Shown piece by piece: positions 17,586 to 25,813 of a stretch of 36,412 bases of DNA. Source of the stretch: an uncultured Acidobacteriota bacterium (GTDB lineage: Bacteria; Acidobacteriota; Terriglobia; Bryobacterales; Bryobacteraceae); the NCBI GenBank assembly GCA_937952345.1, contig CALFYN010001033.1, positions 1-36,412 of the forward strand, in the 5' to 3' direction. Under the pieces are notes generated by a model. It did not search any database and was not told the DNA's origin. It saw only the letters and a list, made by a program, of their open reading frames with translations. Both the position numbers and the translations under genes were made by a program. Within the stretch, counting starts at the first letter, position 1; every line of letters begins with the position of its first letter.

Positions 17586-18923
17586 CTAGCGATAACGCTG
17601 GACGATCTCCTCGATTTTGAAAAGAGCGTTTCCTACATCGTCGAATTCATAACTGAACCAAACGAGAGCGTGAAAGGCGTGGATGACTTCTTCGTGGGAA
17701 TCATAGACTCCGGCGCCACCCCCATAGTACTTGGTGACTCCTCCGTGGGAGAACCGAAGACAGGCTTCGAAGTTGTTCATGCCCATATCGTCAGAGCTGA
17801 AGGTGGCGCCGACCGCCACGGGATCGCGATCTGCCAGCGAGGCGTACCAGGTGACTCCGTTCACCTTCTTCTTACGATTGTGGAGTGTGAGCCTGGGATA
17901 GGGGGCTTCAAGGACTTTGGTTCCGTTGGAGACAGTGGGATCTGACCAGACGAGATAGGTTTTCGCATCACCGGGACAGCCGACCTGCATGAGCAAACCG
18001 CGGACGAAACGGACGATGGCCTGGCACTCTCCGGACTTGTCGATGTTATCGGCCATGGGCCAGGCACCGCCTGTTGTGTTGAAGAAGGTAGGGTGCTTGT
18101 ATTCGGCGGGAACATCAGGATGCGCTTCGAGCGTATAGAAGGGGAACTTCTCCATCAGATGCCCGACGATGGTGTGGGGATCGAGGGAGGCAACTTCACC
18201 GACGAGGGAGACGGCGGTTTCGGCGCGCTTTTTGGTGACGCCATCCTCAGGCTCGCCCTGATTGATGGGCTTGTTCATGACCAGGTAGCAGGTGTTCTGG
18301 GTTGTAACGTCGTAGTTGACCGGGGGTGTGACCACCATCCAGTCAATGGAGAGATCAAGTTCGTCGACACGTTTCGGGGTCTTGGTGTCGGAGGTGAGGG
18401 TAACCTTGAGTTTGCCGGGCTTGAAGGTGGCCTGACCGTTGAACTCAATGCCTTCAGGTCCTGTACCGGCGATGGTGCCTTGCTCTGCACATGCGCCTGG
18501 AGGACCGGCTTCGAAAGTGAGATCGAGCTTCACCTTCTTGTCGAGGTTGTGGACAATAGGGCTTCGGAGGTCTCTGCCGTCGACCCATTCAGGGACGGGG
18601 TAGCGGGCACCGGTGTTGGTCCACTTGTCTTCTTCATTCTTGATCAGGCCGTAATCCGACCAGAAGCGGAGTGAGATGAGCTTGATCCATTGGAGGCGCT
18701 TCGGGCAGGGCTTGACGGGCTCAGTGGGATCTTCATTTGGGGTCTTGCCAGTCTCTTCGATTTCACCGCCCGCGGCGATGTAGGCATCCATCCACTTTTC
18801 TCGGAGTACTTCGTCCTCGGGACCCATGGTAAGGGGGCGTCCGCCCGTTTCGGCGGCAATGGCATCATTGGCTGCTTTGGCGGCCTCTTCGTTGATGGGT
18901 TTAGCGGCGCGTCGATTGCTCAA
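17586..18923 (-). CDS. Hypothetical multi-domain protein B of orphan operon (445 aa); C-terminal Cys-His-Asp module resembles the transglutaminase/papain fold
   Basis: The TTG start shares TTGA with the upstream stop. It has a helical N-terminus, a beta-rich middle (LQWIKLISLRFWSDYGLIKNEEDKWTNTGARYPVPEW), and C-terminal SGEC(300)QAIVRFVRGLLMQVGCPG, then H348 and D365/D367 (LHNRKKKVNGVTWYASLADRDP). No signal peptide. Confidence 0.75.
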   Translation of the reverse strand: MSNRRAAKPINEEAAKAANDAIAAETGGRPLTMGPEDEVLREKWMDAYIAAGGEIEETGKTPNEDPTEPVKPCPKRLQWIKLISLRFWSDYGLIKNEEDKWTNTGARYPVPEWVDGRDLRSPIVHNLDKKVKLDLTFEAGPPGACAEQGTIAGTGPEGIEFNGQATFKPGKLKVTLTSDTKTPKRVDELDLSIDWMVVTPPVNYDVTTQNTCYLVMNKPINQGEPEDGVTKKRAETAVSLVGEVASLDPHTIVGHLMEKFPFYTLEAHPDVPAEYKHPTFFNTTGGAWPMADNIDKSGECQAIVRFVRGLLMQVGCPGDAKTYLVWSDPTVSNGTKVLEAPYPRLTLHNRKKKVNGVTWYASLADRDPVAVGATFSSDDMGMNNFEACLRFSHGGVTKYYGGGAGVYDSHEEVIHAFHALVWFSYEFDDVGNALFKIEEIVQRYR

Positions 18924-19300
18924 GCCTTCACCCGCCCTTCACCATATAGTTCATAGCCTTCGAGAAGATTGAGCTTCTCGTCGGGTTTGAGGCGGGCAGT
19001 GCTAAGGATCTCATGGGCCCACGGTGTGCAGTCCTTATCTCCGAATTTCGGGCCGTAGCGGAGGGCGAAGTCGAGGAAGCGGAATGAGTCCTCTTCGGTG
19101 ACAATGCCGTGGCTTCTGGCATTGGCGAGCGCGGCACTGGCGAGGCCTTCGAGATCGGCTCCGGTCATGGTGGCAGTTCTGGCAGGGTATGTATGGCACA
19201 GCCGAGAAATCAGGCGACGGGTGAAATCAACCGTTAGTTGACGGCGGAATGCGGTCATCTGTTCTGAGCGAATCGTCAGCATAAGGGGCATGCAGCGCAA
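18920..19300 (-). CDS. Hypothetical small helical protein A of orphan operon (about 120 aa)
   Basis: ORF with AAGGAG (19313-19318) upstream. Start is ambiguous (TTG 19300, ATG 19291 or ATG 19282). Sequence: MLTIRSEQMTAFRRQLTVDFTRRLISRL...GIVTEEDSFRFLDFALRYGPKFGDK. No named family recognised. Confidence 0.65.
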   Translation of the reverse strand: MRCMPLMLTIRSEQMTAFRRQLTVDFTRRLISRLCHTYPARTATMTGADLEGLASAALANARSHGIVTEEDSFRFLDFALRYGPKFGDKDCTPWAHEILSTARLKPDEKLNLLEGYELYGEGRVKA

Positions 19301-19335
19301 CGAGCACTGGTTCTCCTTATCCCTACTAGCGTAAT

Positions 19336-20679
19336 TTAGAGGAGTTTTAAATCATCCAGAATTTTGTCCCAGGGTTTTCTGTAGGGACGGCGCATCATGG
19401 CGGCGGCTTCGTTGTCACCGGTTATGGCTTCCTTGACGGCGTCCCAGCGGATGCTGCGTCCACCGAGGCGAAGAGAGATATTGGCGAGGTGGCAGGCTGT
19501 AGTGATCTGGTGGCCATCTTCCACATCGGCGATGGGACGCTGGCGCGTCTTGATGCAATCGAGAAAGTTGCGGACGTGTAGATCGAACTGCTGTTCGCTG
19601 GAGCCCTTTTCTTTCATGGGCTCGGTGTAGGGGGTGGGTTTGGTTGTGGAGCGATTGACGCCACCGGAGGAATGCCCGCGGAATTGAGGTACGGCGTTAT
19701 TGGGATCGATTTTCATTTCGGGGAGAATGTCGAAGCCGCCGCGATCGATGGTCATGCTGGCTTTGGTGCCGATGAATTCAAGGCCCGGGACGCGACGTCC
19801 GATGCCGGCTTCGCGTAGGGAGCAAATGGCGGTGAAACCGGGATATTGGAATGCGGCGTCCTGTGTGTCCGGCACATCACCATCCCCATCGAGGCCGTAG
19901 CGGCCTCCGACAGAGGAGACGACCTGCGGGCCGCGAACACCCATAAACCACTGGAGAATGTCGATGTGGTGCGCACCGAGGTTGGTCATCTGACCACCGG
20001 AATAATCCCAGAACCAGCGGAAATGATAGAGAGAGCGGAGTTGGTGATAAGGGCGCTTGGGTGCGGGGCCAAGCCACATATCGTAATCGAGTTCGGAGGG
20101 TGGCGATGCATCGGAGAACTTGCCGAAGCCGGGGGTGATGTTACGGGCGGCGTTCATGCGCACGTTTAGGACTTTGCCGAGGTAGTTCTCGCGGATGAGG
20201 CGGCGCGCCTTCTGATAGTGCAAGCCGCTGCGCTGTTGCGTGCCGGTTTGCACGACGCGGTTATAGCGGCGGGCGGCGCGGACCATCCATTTTCCTTCGT
20301 CGATGAATAACGACAGGGGCTTTTCCACGTAGACGTCTTTGCCGGCCGCGCACGCGAGGATGGTGTGGAGAGCATGCCAGTGGTCGGGGGTAGAAACAAC
20401 GATCGCCTGGAGATCCCTGTTTTCGTACATTTTGCGGAAGTCGCGGTAGCCTTTGGCGTTGGGCCCCATTTCCTGGAGACCCTCTTCGAGGCGTGGTTGG
20501 TGGGCTTCGCACATGGCGGCAAGATCCACGTCCTTCTGGTTTTTGAAATCGAAGACGTGCTGGCGGCCGATTAGGCCAAAGCCGATGAAGCCGACCTGAA
20601 TACGGTCGTTTGCTCCTAGGATTCGTTGATAGGCGGCGGCACTCAAGGCGGTCATGGCGTGGCGTCGTGTAACGGGCAT
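19336..20679 (-). CDS. Gfo/Idh/MocA-family oxidoreductase with Tat-type signal
   Basis: MPVTRRHAMTALSAAAYQRILG, then the Rossmann start IQVGFIGFGLIGRQH, then EKPL. ATG 20679 is preferred over GTG 20706. Confidence 0.88.
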   Translation of the reverse strand: MPVTRRHAMTALSAAAYQRILGANDRIQVGFIGFGLIGRQHVFDFKNQKDVDLAAMCEAHQPRLEEGLQEMGPNAKGYRDFRKMYENRDLQAIVVSTPDHWHALHTILACAAGKDVYVEKPLSLFIDEGKWMVRAARRYNRVVQTGTQQRSGLHYQKARRLIRENYLGKVLNVRMNAARNITPGFGKFSDASPPSELDYDMWLGPAPKRPYHQLRSLYHFRWFWDYSGGQMTNLGAHHIDILQWFMGVRGPQVVSSVGGRYGLDGDGDVPDTQDAAFQYPGFTAICSLREAGIGRRVPGLEFIGTKASMTIDRGGFDILPEMKIDPNNAVPQFRGHSSGGVNRSTTKPTPYTEPMKEKGSSEQQFDLHVRNFLDCIKTRQRPIADVEDGHQITTACHLANISLRLGGRSIRWDAVKEAITGDNEAAAMMRRPYRKPWDKILDDLKLL

Positions 20680-20708
20680 GGCGGGGATTCTATCATTGAA
20701 GAGCACCC

Positions 20709-22697
20709 ATGTCGAATTCTATCTTTGATTCCAACGACTCGTCTCTCTTTGCGGTTCGCTCGAAGCAGCCTGGGCCGAAGGGTACATTGCCTTTGACGGC
20801 GGAAATGCTGCGTGAGCGGCCCTCGGGGGATCTTTTTGGCTGGACCCAAAATGCAGGGATGGGATGGGATCCGGCGCGCCTGAACGGGCAGGACTACCTG
20901 ATTCTGAGCACGCATGGGGGGATACGTGGTGCGGACGGGACACCGATCGCGCTTGGTTATCACACAGGGCATTGGGAAGTGGGGTTACTGATGCAAGCCG
21001 CGGCGGAGGAACTGAAGGCCAACGGCGCGGTTCCGTTCGCCGGGTATTGCACCGATCCATGCGACGGAAGGAGCCAAGGCACGACAGGTATGTTTGATTC
21101 ACTGCCCTATCGCAATGATGCGGCGGTGGTGTTCCGAAGACTGATACGGTCACTGCCGACACGGCGCGGGGTGATTGGCGTGGCGACTTGCGATAAGGGG
21201 TTGCCATCGATGATGATGGCGCTGGCAGGGACTCCGGACCTGCCGTGCATCCTGGTTCCCGGGGGCGTCACTCTGGTTGCCGAAGATGGCGAAGATGCAG
21301 GCAAGGTGCAGACGATTGGAGCGCGATTTGCTCATGGAACCATCACACTCGAGCATGCAGCGGAAATGGGATGCCGTGCCTGCGGATCGCCGGGGGGCGG
21401 ATGCCAGTTCCTGGGTACAGCGGCGAGTTCGCAGGTGATTGGGGAAGCGCTGGGCATGTCGCTACCGCATTCTGCGCTGGCGCCGAGCGGGCATCCGATT
21501 TGGACGGATATGGCTCGTCGATCGGCTCGGGCCGTCCAGAACCTGGAATTACGCGGAATGAAGATGCGGGATGTTTTGACGGCGGCGGCGTTCAAGAACG
21601 CGATGATTGTGCACGCCGCGTTTGGCGGGTCGACGAATATCTTGCTGCATCTGTCGGCAATTGCGCATGCGGCGGGGGTGCCCCGGCCCAATGTGGAAGA
21701 TTGGGCGGCGGTGAATCGGATGGTGCCCCGGTTAGTGGATGCCTTACCGAACGGGCCGCGGAATCACCCTACCGTGCAGGTGTTCCTAGCCGGCGCGGTT
21801 CCGGAGGTGATGCTGCATCTGCGGGATGCGAACCTGCTGGATCTTCATGCCCTGACGGTAAGCGGGGAGACGCTGGGCGCGTGTCTGGAGTGGTGGGAGG
21901 CATCGGAGCGGCGGGTGGCTTTGCGGAAGGTGTTGGCCGAGGTCGACGGCGTGGATCCGGGTATGGTGATTCATTCGATCGAATCGGCTGGAAAGGCGGG
22001 GCTGACGTCGACTGTGTGTTTTCCGGTGGGGAATCTCGCGCCACAGGGGTCGGTGATTAAGAGCACCTCCATTGATCCGAGCGTCATTGATGCGGACGGA
22101 GTATATCGCAAGCAGGGCCCGGCGAAGGTGTTTACGAGTGAAGCGGCCGCGATTCATGCGATCAAGAGTGGCGGGATTGTGGCCGGGGACGTGATTGTGT
22201 TGATCTGCCGCGGGCCGATGGGTACGGGGATGGAGGAAACGTATCAGCTGACTTCGGCGTTGAAGCATCTGCCGTTCGGGAAGCATGTGGCGCTACTGAC
22301 CGATGCGCGGTTTAGCGGCGTTTCGACGGGGGCGTGCATTGGGCATGTGTCGCCGGAGGCGCTTGCCGGCGGGCCGATTGGAAAAGTCCGGGATGGGGAT
22401 CTGATTGAGATTGTGATTCACCGGAACACGCTGGAGGGGTCGATTCACCTGGTGGGTTTCGATGATGCGTCGATTGCCGTACGGGAGGCGCGGACGGATC
22501 TGGCTCCCGATCCGATGTTGCCCGGAGATTCGCGGCTGTGGGCGGCGCTGCAAGATGTGAGCGGCGGAACGTGGGGTGGATGCGTGTACGATGTTGACCG
22601 GATTTTGGAGGTACTGGAGGCGGGGAAGAAGGCTTTGGGATCCCGCCCCACAGAGCCTATTCCAGATGGCGGAGCCAGAGGTTGCGGAACTTCATGA
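20709..22697 (+). CDS. IlvD/Edd-family sugar-acid dehydratase of the YjhG/YagF (xylonate dehydratase) type
   Basis: 662 aa. Long collinear resemblance to E. coli YjhG as I recall it ([97 protein letters not shown]). Confidence 0.9.
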   Translation: MSNSIFDSNDSSLFAVRSKQPGPKGTLPLTAEMLRERPSGDLFGWTQNAGMGWDPARLNGQDYLILSTHGGIRGADGTPIALGYHTGHWEVGLLMQAAAEELKANGAVPFAGYCTDPCDGRSQGTTGMFDSLPYRNDAAVVFRRLIRSLPTRRGVIGVATCDKGLPSMMMALAGTPDLPCILVPGGVTLVAEDGEDAGKVQTIGARFAHGTITLEHAAEMGCRACGSPGGGCQFLGTAASSQVIGEALGMSLPHSALAPSGHPIWTDMARRSARAVQNLELRGMKMRDVLTAAAFKNAMIVHAAFGGSTNILLHLSAIAHAAGVPRPNVEDWAAVNRMVPRLVDALPNGPRNHPTVQVFLAGAVPEVMLHLRDANLLDLHALTVSGETLGACLEWWEASERRVALRKVLAEVDGVDPGMVIHSIESAGKAGLTSTVCFPVGNLAPQGSVIKSTSIDPSVIDADGVYRKQGPAKVFTSEAAAIHAIKSGGIVAGDVIVLICRGPMGTGMEETYQLTSALKHLPFGKHVALLTDARFSGVSTGACIGHVSPEALAGGPIGKVRDGDLIEIVIHRNTLEGSIHLVGFDDASIAVREARTDLAPDPMLPGDSRLWAALQDVSGGTWGGCVYDVDRILEVLEAGKKALGSRPTEPIPDGGARGCGTS

Positions 22698-23400
22698 CGG
22701 TCTTCGGGGCATTGGGAAAGCCACTGTGGTCCTGGAGGCGGATGGGGCCTCGCTCGCAGATGTTTTCCTGGCGGCAGCCTGGGCCTTTTTTGGGTATTGG
22801 GGTATGATCTTGAACTAATATGCCGTTAAGTAGCACAGTAAGGCGGCCGGGTTCACTGACGTTGCCGGATGCATCACAACGGGGGGCTCGGAATATCATG
22901 TCGTAGGTCTGCCACTGTTCAGGGAGCTTACCAGCGTTGACGAGTGGAGGTGCGAATCCGTAAACGGCTCCGAGTGTGCCGTCAGCGTAGGTGGGGTTGC
23001 TGTGGGAATCAAGGATTTGCACTTCGTAGCAGGAATGAACGTAGACCCCGCTGTTGCCGCGGCGTTGGCCCTTCTGATCCTGCATGAGGGGAACGGCGAA
23101 TTCGAGGTGGATTTGCGCGTCTTTGAATTTTTCTTCGGTGATGATATCGCCGACGCCTGTGGCGCAAATCATCTCACCGGAGCGTGCATCGCATTTGCCG
23201 CGCTCGCCGGTGCGCGTGACCCAGCCGGACATGTCTTTGCCATTGAAGAGCAATACGGCGTCTGATGGAGCCTGTGTCGCTGAGCCAGGCGTGACGACAC
23301 GAGGTTGTGGTCCGTCTTCGCGGGGCGCGCGTTTCTTCTTCTTTTCCTGAGCAGTGAGCGGAAGCGTAACGAGAAGGAGAAGGATCGGGAGGCGTCGCAT
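22657..23400 (-). CDS. Secreted DUF1080 (3-keto-disaccharide hydrolase-like, concanavalin-fold) protein
   Basis: Signal peptide [18 protein letters not shown]. Family blocks: [55 protein letters not shown]. Confidence 0.85.
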   Translation of the reverse strand: MRRLPILLLLVTLPLTAQEKKKKRAPREDGPQPRVVTPGSATQAPSDAVLLFNGKDMSGWVTRTGERGKCDARSGEMICATGVGDIITEEKFKDAQIHLEFAVPLMQDQKGQRRGNSGVYVHSCYEVQILDSHSNPTYADGTLGAVYGFAPPLVNAGKLPEQWQTYDMIFRAPRCDASGNVSEPGRLTVLLNGILVQDHTPIPKKGPGCRQENICERGPIRLQDHSGFPNAPKTVMKFRNLWLRHLE

Positions 23401-23451
23401 GGTGGATACCGATTGTATCAGTGGTCGGTCAGGTTATGGAACAATTCGAAC

Positions 23452-24459
23452 ATGCTCTTTTCGCGGAGAGGTTTCCTGGCGTCGGCGGCGCTTCCGGTTG
23501 GAATACAAGGTCAGGGTTTGGTGTGGCGGGAACTGCCTGCTTTACCCAAAGGGCTCGCCGGGCAGATGGTGGGGACGATCGGAGGGATGCTGGTTGTCGC
23601 TGGCGGGACATGGTGGGAAGGTAAGCCTTGGAACGGAGGAAAGAAGTTCTGGTCGGATACTGTGTATGGACTTCGAGTGGGTGATCCAGGATGGCGGAAC
23701 TTGGGGACGCTGCCTCGTCCCCTGGCCTATGGGGCAGCGGTTTCGACGAAGGGCAGGCTGCTGCTGGTGGGGGGGCAGACCGACAGCTCAGTCAGTTCGC
23801 AGTTGCTGGAGTTGACACTGGGCGGACCGGGTATTCGGATCAGGGAGTTGCACCGGATGCCGTTGCCGACAGCATGGAGTTGCGCAGGGGTGATTGGGGA
23901 CCGGTTGTATGTGGCGGGGGGTGGAGACGGCTTTCCGTCGGCCAATCAAGCGTATCGGACTTGTTGGTCCTACAACCTCAGGAATCCGGCCGAGGAATGG
24001 CGAGAGCTGAATGCGTGGACAGGCTCACCTCGATTTCTAGCCGCGATGACAATCGTAGGAGATTCATTGGTGCTAGGTGGAGGAACGGACTTCGGCGGAG
24101 GGAAGCGGATTTTCCGGAACGACGCCTATACTTTCCATCCGAAGGCAGGATGGAAGCGGATTGCCGATTTGCCGCTTTCTTTGCAGGGAGGGTTGGCTGG
24201 AGTAGTCCGGGGAAACGCAACATTTTTTGGCGGGAATGATGGGGCGTGGGGCGACAGGGAATCCGATCCGGAGCATCCGGGGTTCCGGCGGGAGGTGTTT
24301 TCCTACGATGCAACAGCCAATGTTTGGAATCAGATCGGTGTGATGCCGGCTTCACTTGTGACAACAGGGATGGCACATTGGGATGGGGGTTTGGTGATTG
24401 CCGGCGGAGAAGACAAACCGGGATCACGCTCTGGGCGCGTGATTAAACTACAAGTATAA
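23452..24459 (+). CDS. Kelch-repeat beta-propeller protein (NanM/cyclically-permuted mutarotase-like) with Tat-like signal
   Basis: ATG 23452 gives MLFSRRGFLASAALPVG. Repeated G-x-LLVVGG / LYVAGG / LVLGGG / VIAGG kelch blades follow. The 5' extension to 23305 overlaps the DUF1080 gene. Confidence 0.75.
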   Translation: MLFSRRGFLASAALPVGIQGQGLVWRELPALPKGLAGQMVGTIGGMLVVAGGTWWEGKPWNGGKKFWSDTVYGLRVGDPGWRNLGTLPRPLAYGAAVSTKGRLLLVGGQTDSSVSSQLLELTLGGPGIRIRELHRMPLPTAWSCAGVIGDRLYVAGGGDGFPSANQAYRTCWSYNLRNPAEEWRELNAWTGSPRFLAAMTIVGDSLVLGGGTDFGGGKRIFRNDAYTFHPKAGWKRIADLPLSLQGGLAGVVRGNATFFGGNDGAWGDRESDPEHPGFRREVFSYDATANVWNQIGVMPASLVTTGMAHWDGGLVIAGGEDKPGSRSGRVIKLQV

Positions 24460-24472
24460 TTTATCGTTTGGC

Positions 24473-24499
24473 TGCAACTGCCACGCCCTGCGCGCGTAT
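24473..24499 (+). promoter_or_regulatory. Candidate ECF-type promoter (tGCAAC-N16-CGTAT) upstream of the ECF sigma gene
   Basis: AAC ends at 24478 and CGT begins at 24495, a 16-nt spacer. The site is about 20 nt upstream of ATG 24518. It resembles the generic GAAC-N16/17-CGT ECF promoter shape. A single occurrence is weak evidence. Confidence 0.3.
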
Positions 24500-24517
24500 A
24501 TTGCGTGGAAACCCGCG

Positions 24518-24994
24518 ATGGAGCCCACAACATTTGAAAGCCTGTTCAGCAGCTACTTTCAGCATGTCTTTCGCTACGCGTTGTGGCTTTGCGGGAACCG
24601 TGAGGAGGCCGAAGAGATTGCGGCGGCGGCTTTTCTACGTGCGTGGACCAGTGCTCCGTTGCGAGAGGGAACGGCGAAATCGTACCTGTTGCCCATTGCC
24701 AGGAACCTGTTTCTGGATGGGCGGCGTAGGGGCCGCAAATTCGTTTCTTTGAAGGACGCGGCGGTGCTGCGGTCAAACCAATCTGACCCGGAAGCGACTG
24801 CCCACAGTCGACAGATGTGGGCTGCAGTCGGGAATTTGGAAGAAAAATACCGCGAGCCTCTCACTCTATGGGCCGGAGGTGGACTCAGTTACGAGGAAAT
24901 CGCTACCGAGCTTCGGATTCCGATGGCGATGGTAAAGACCCGCATCCATCGTGCTCGGCTGCTGTTAGCGAAGAAGTTACGGAAAGGAGAATAG
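24518..24994 (+). CDS. ECF (sigma-70 family group 4) RNA polymerase sigma factor
   Basis: 158 aa. Region 2 (FQHVFRYALWLCGNREEAEEIAAAAFLRAW) and region 4 HTH (LSYEEIATELRIPMAMVKTRIHRARLLL). Confidence 0.9.
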   Translation: MEPTTFESLFSSYFQHVFRYALWLCGNREEAEEIAAAAFLRAWTSAPLREGTAKSYLLPIARNLFLDGRRRGRKFVSLKDAAVLRSNQSDPEATAHSRQMWAAVGNLEEKYREPLTLWAGGGLSYEEIATELRIPMAMVKTRIHRARLLLAKKLRKGE

Positions 24995-24996
24995 GA

Positions 24997-25416
24997 ATGG
25001 AAATCCGGAAGGAGATGGTACCGGACGTCATGCACGACCTGCTAGTACTATATATGGCGGGCGAGGCGTCGATTGCGACGAGGGCGGTGGTGGAAACGTA
25101 CGCGATACAGGACAGGGAATTCGCGGCATTACTGGGGAGTACCGAGAGATCTCCGCTGGAAGTTCCCGAGGCGAGGGATGCGGCCATGGAAGTGCTGGCA
25201 CGGACTCGGAAGCATTTGAAAATGCAGAAGATCCTTTTCGGCATTGGTCTGTTCACATGCCTTGTTCCGTTTACCGTTGTTGTGCGGCACGCGAAGATCG
25301 TCTTCTTCATGTGGAGAGATGCTCCTACGATGGCCCTTGCATTCACTGCAATAGGAGTCCTTGTATGGGCATCGTATTGGACGGTAGGGCGCCAAGTGAG
25401 CAAAGCCGGGTTGTAG
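24997..25416 (+). CDS. Putative membrane anti-sigma factor
   Basis: ATG 24997 lies 2 nt after the sigma stop. It has an N-terminal anti-sigma-like helix (VMHDLLVLYMAGEAS) and two C-terminal TM segments. The assignment rests mostly on position. Confidence 0.6.
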   Translation: MEIRKEMVPDVMHDLLVLYMAGEASIATRAVVETYAIQDREFAALLGSTERSPLEVPEARDAAMEVLARTRKHLKMQKILFGIGLFTCLVPFTVVVRHAKIVFFMWRDAPTMALAFTAIGVLVWASYWTVGRQVSKAGL

Positions 25417-25417
25417 G

Positions 25418-25804
25418 CTAGGCTCCGGCCCGCAGGATCGTACTGCCATGACGAGCAGAAGTCAGGATCCAGCGTAATTGTGAGCACTCGAAGGGAGGGG
25501 CGCAATAGTCGCTGGCACCAGCTTCCATAGCTGCGATCCACTCTCGAGTGTCAGGCACTCGGGAAACAACGATAATCGGTATGCAACCATGAAACCAAGA
25601 GACGAAGTCGGGGAGCTCTGGGGAAAGGGGGCAGAAAAGGATGTCAGGGGCATGAGTGTCGGTGAATTGGCGGCATTCTCCGATTCCGCTACAAATATAG
25701 GTTGATACGTCGAGATCGGGATTGGAGAGCGCCGATTTTAACTCAGCCTGGAGAGAGGGCTCCAATTGGCAAAGCAGGGCAGAACGCGGAACTGCAGTAT
25801 CCAT
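25418..25804 (-). CDS. Stand-alone pseudo-receiver (REC-like fold lacking phospho-acceptor residues)
   Basis: 128 aa that aligns by eye to CheY-like receivers (IPIIVVSRVPDTREWIAAMEAGASDYCAPPF). The acidic pair is QL, the D57 position is Cys (DILFCPL), and the K109 position is Pro. Confidence 0.65.
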   Translation of the reverse strand: MDTAVPRSALLCQLEPSLQAELKSALSNPDLDVSTYICSGIGECRQFTDTHAPDILFCPLSPELPDFVSWFHGCIPIIVVSRVPDTREWIAAMEAGASDYCAPPFECSQLRWILTSARHGSTILRAGA

Positions 25805-25813
25805 GCCACTAAC

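Noticed and set aside
21245-22286. A 271-aa plus-strand ORF and a 166-aa minus-strand ORF lie inside the dehydratase gene.
   Set aside because: They are Gly/Arg-rich or Arg/His-rich alternative frames of a gene whose main frame is collinear with YjhG.
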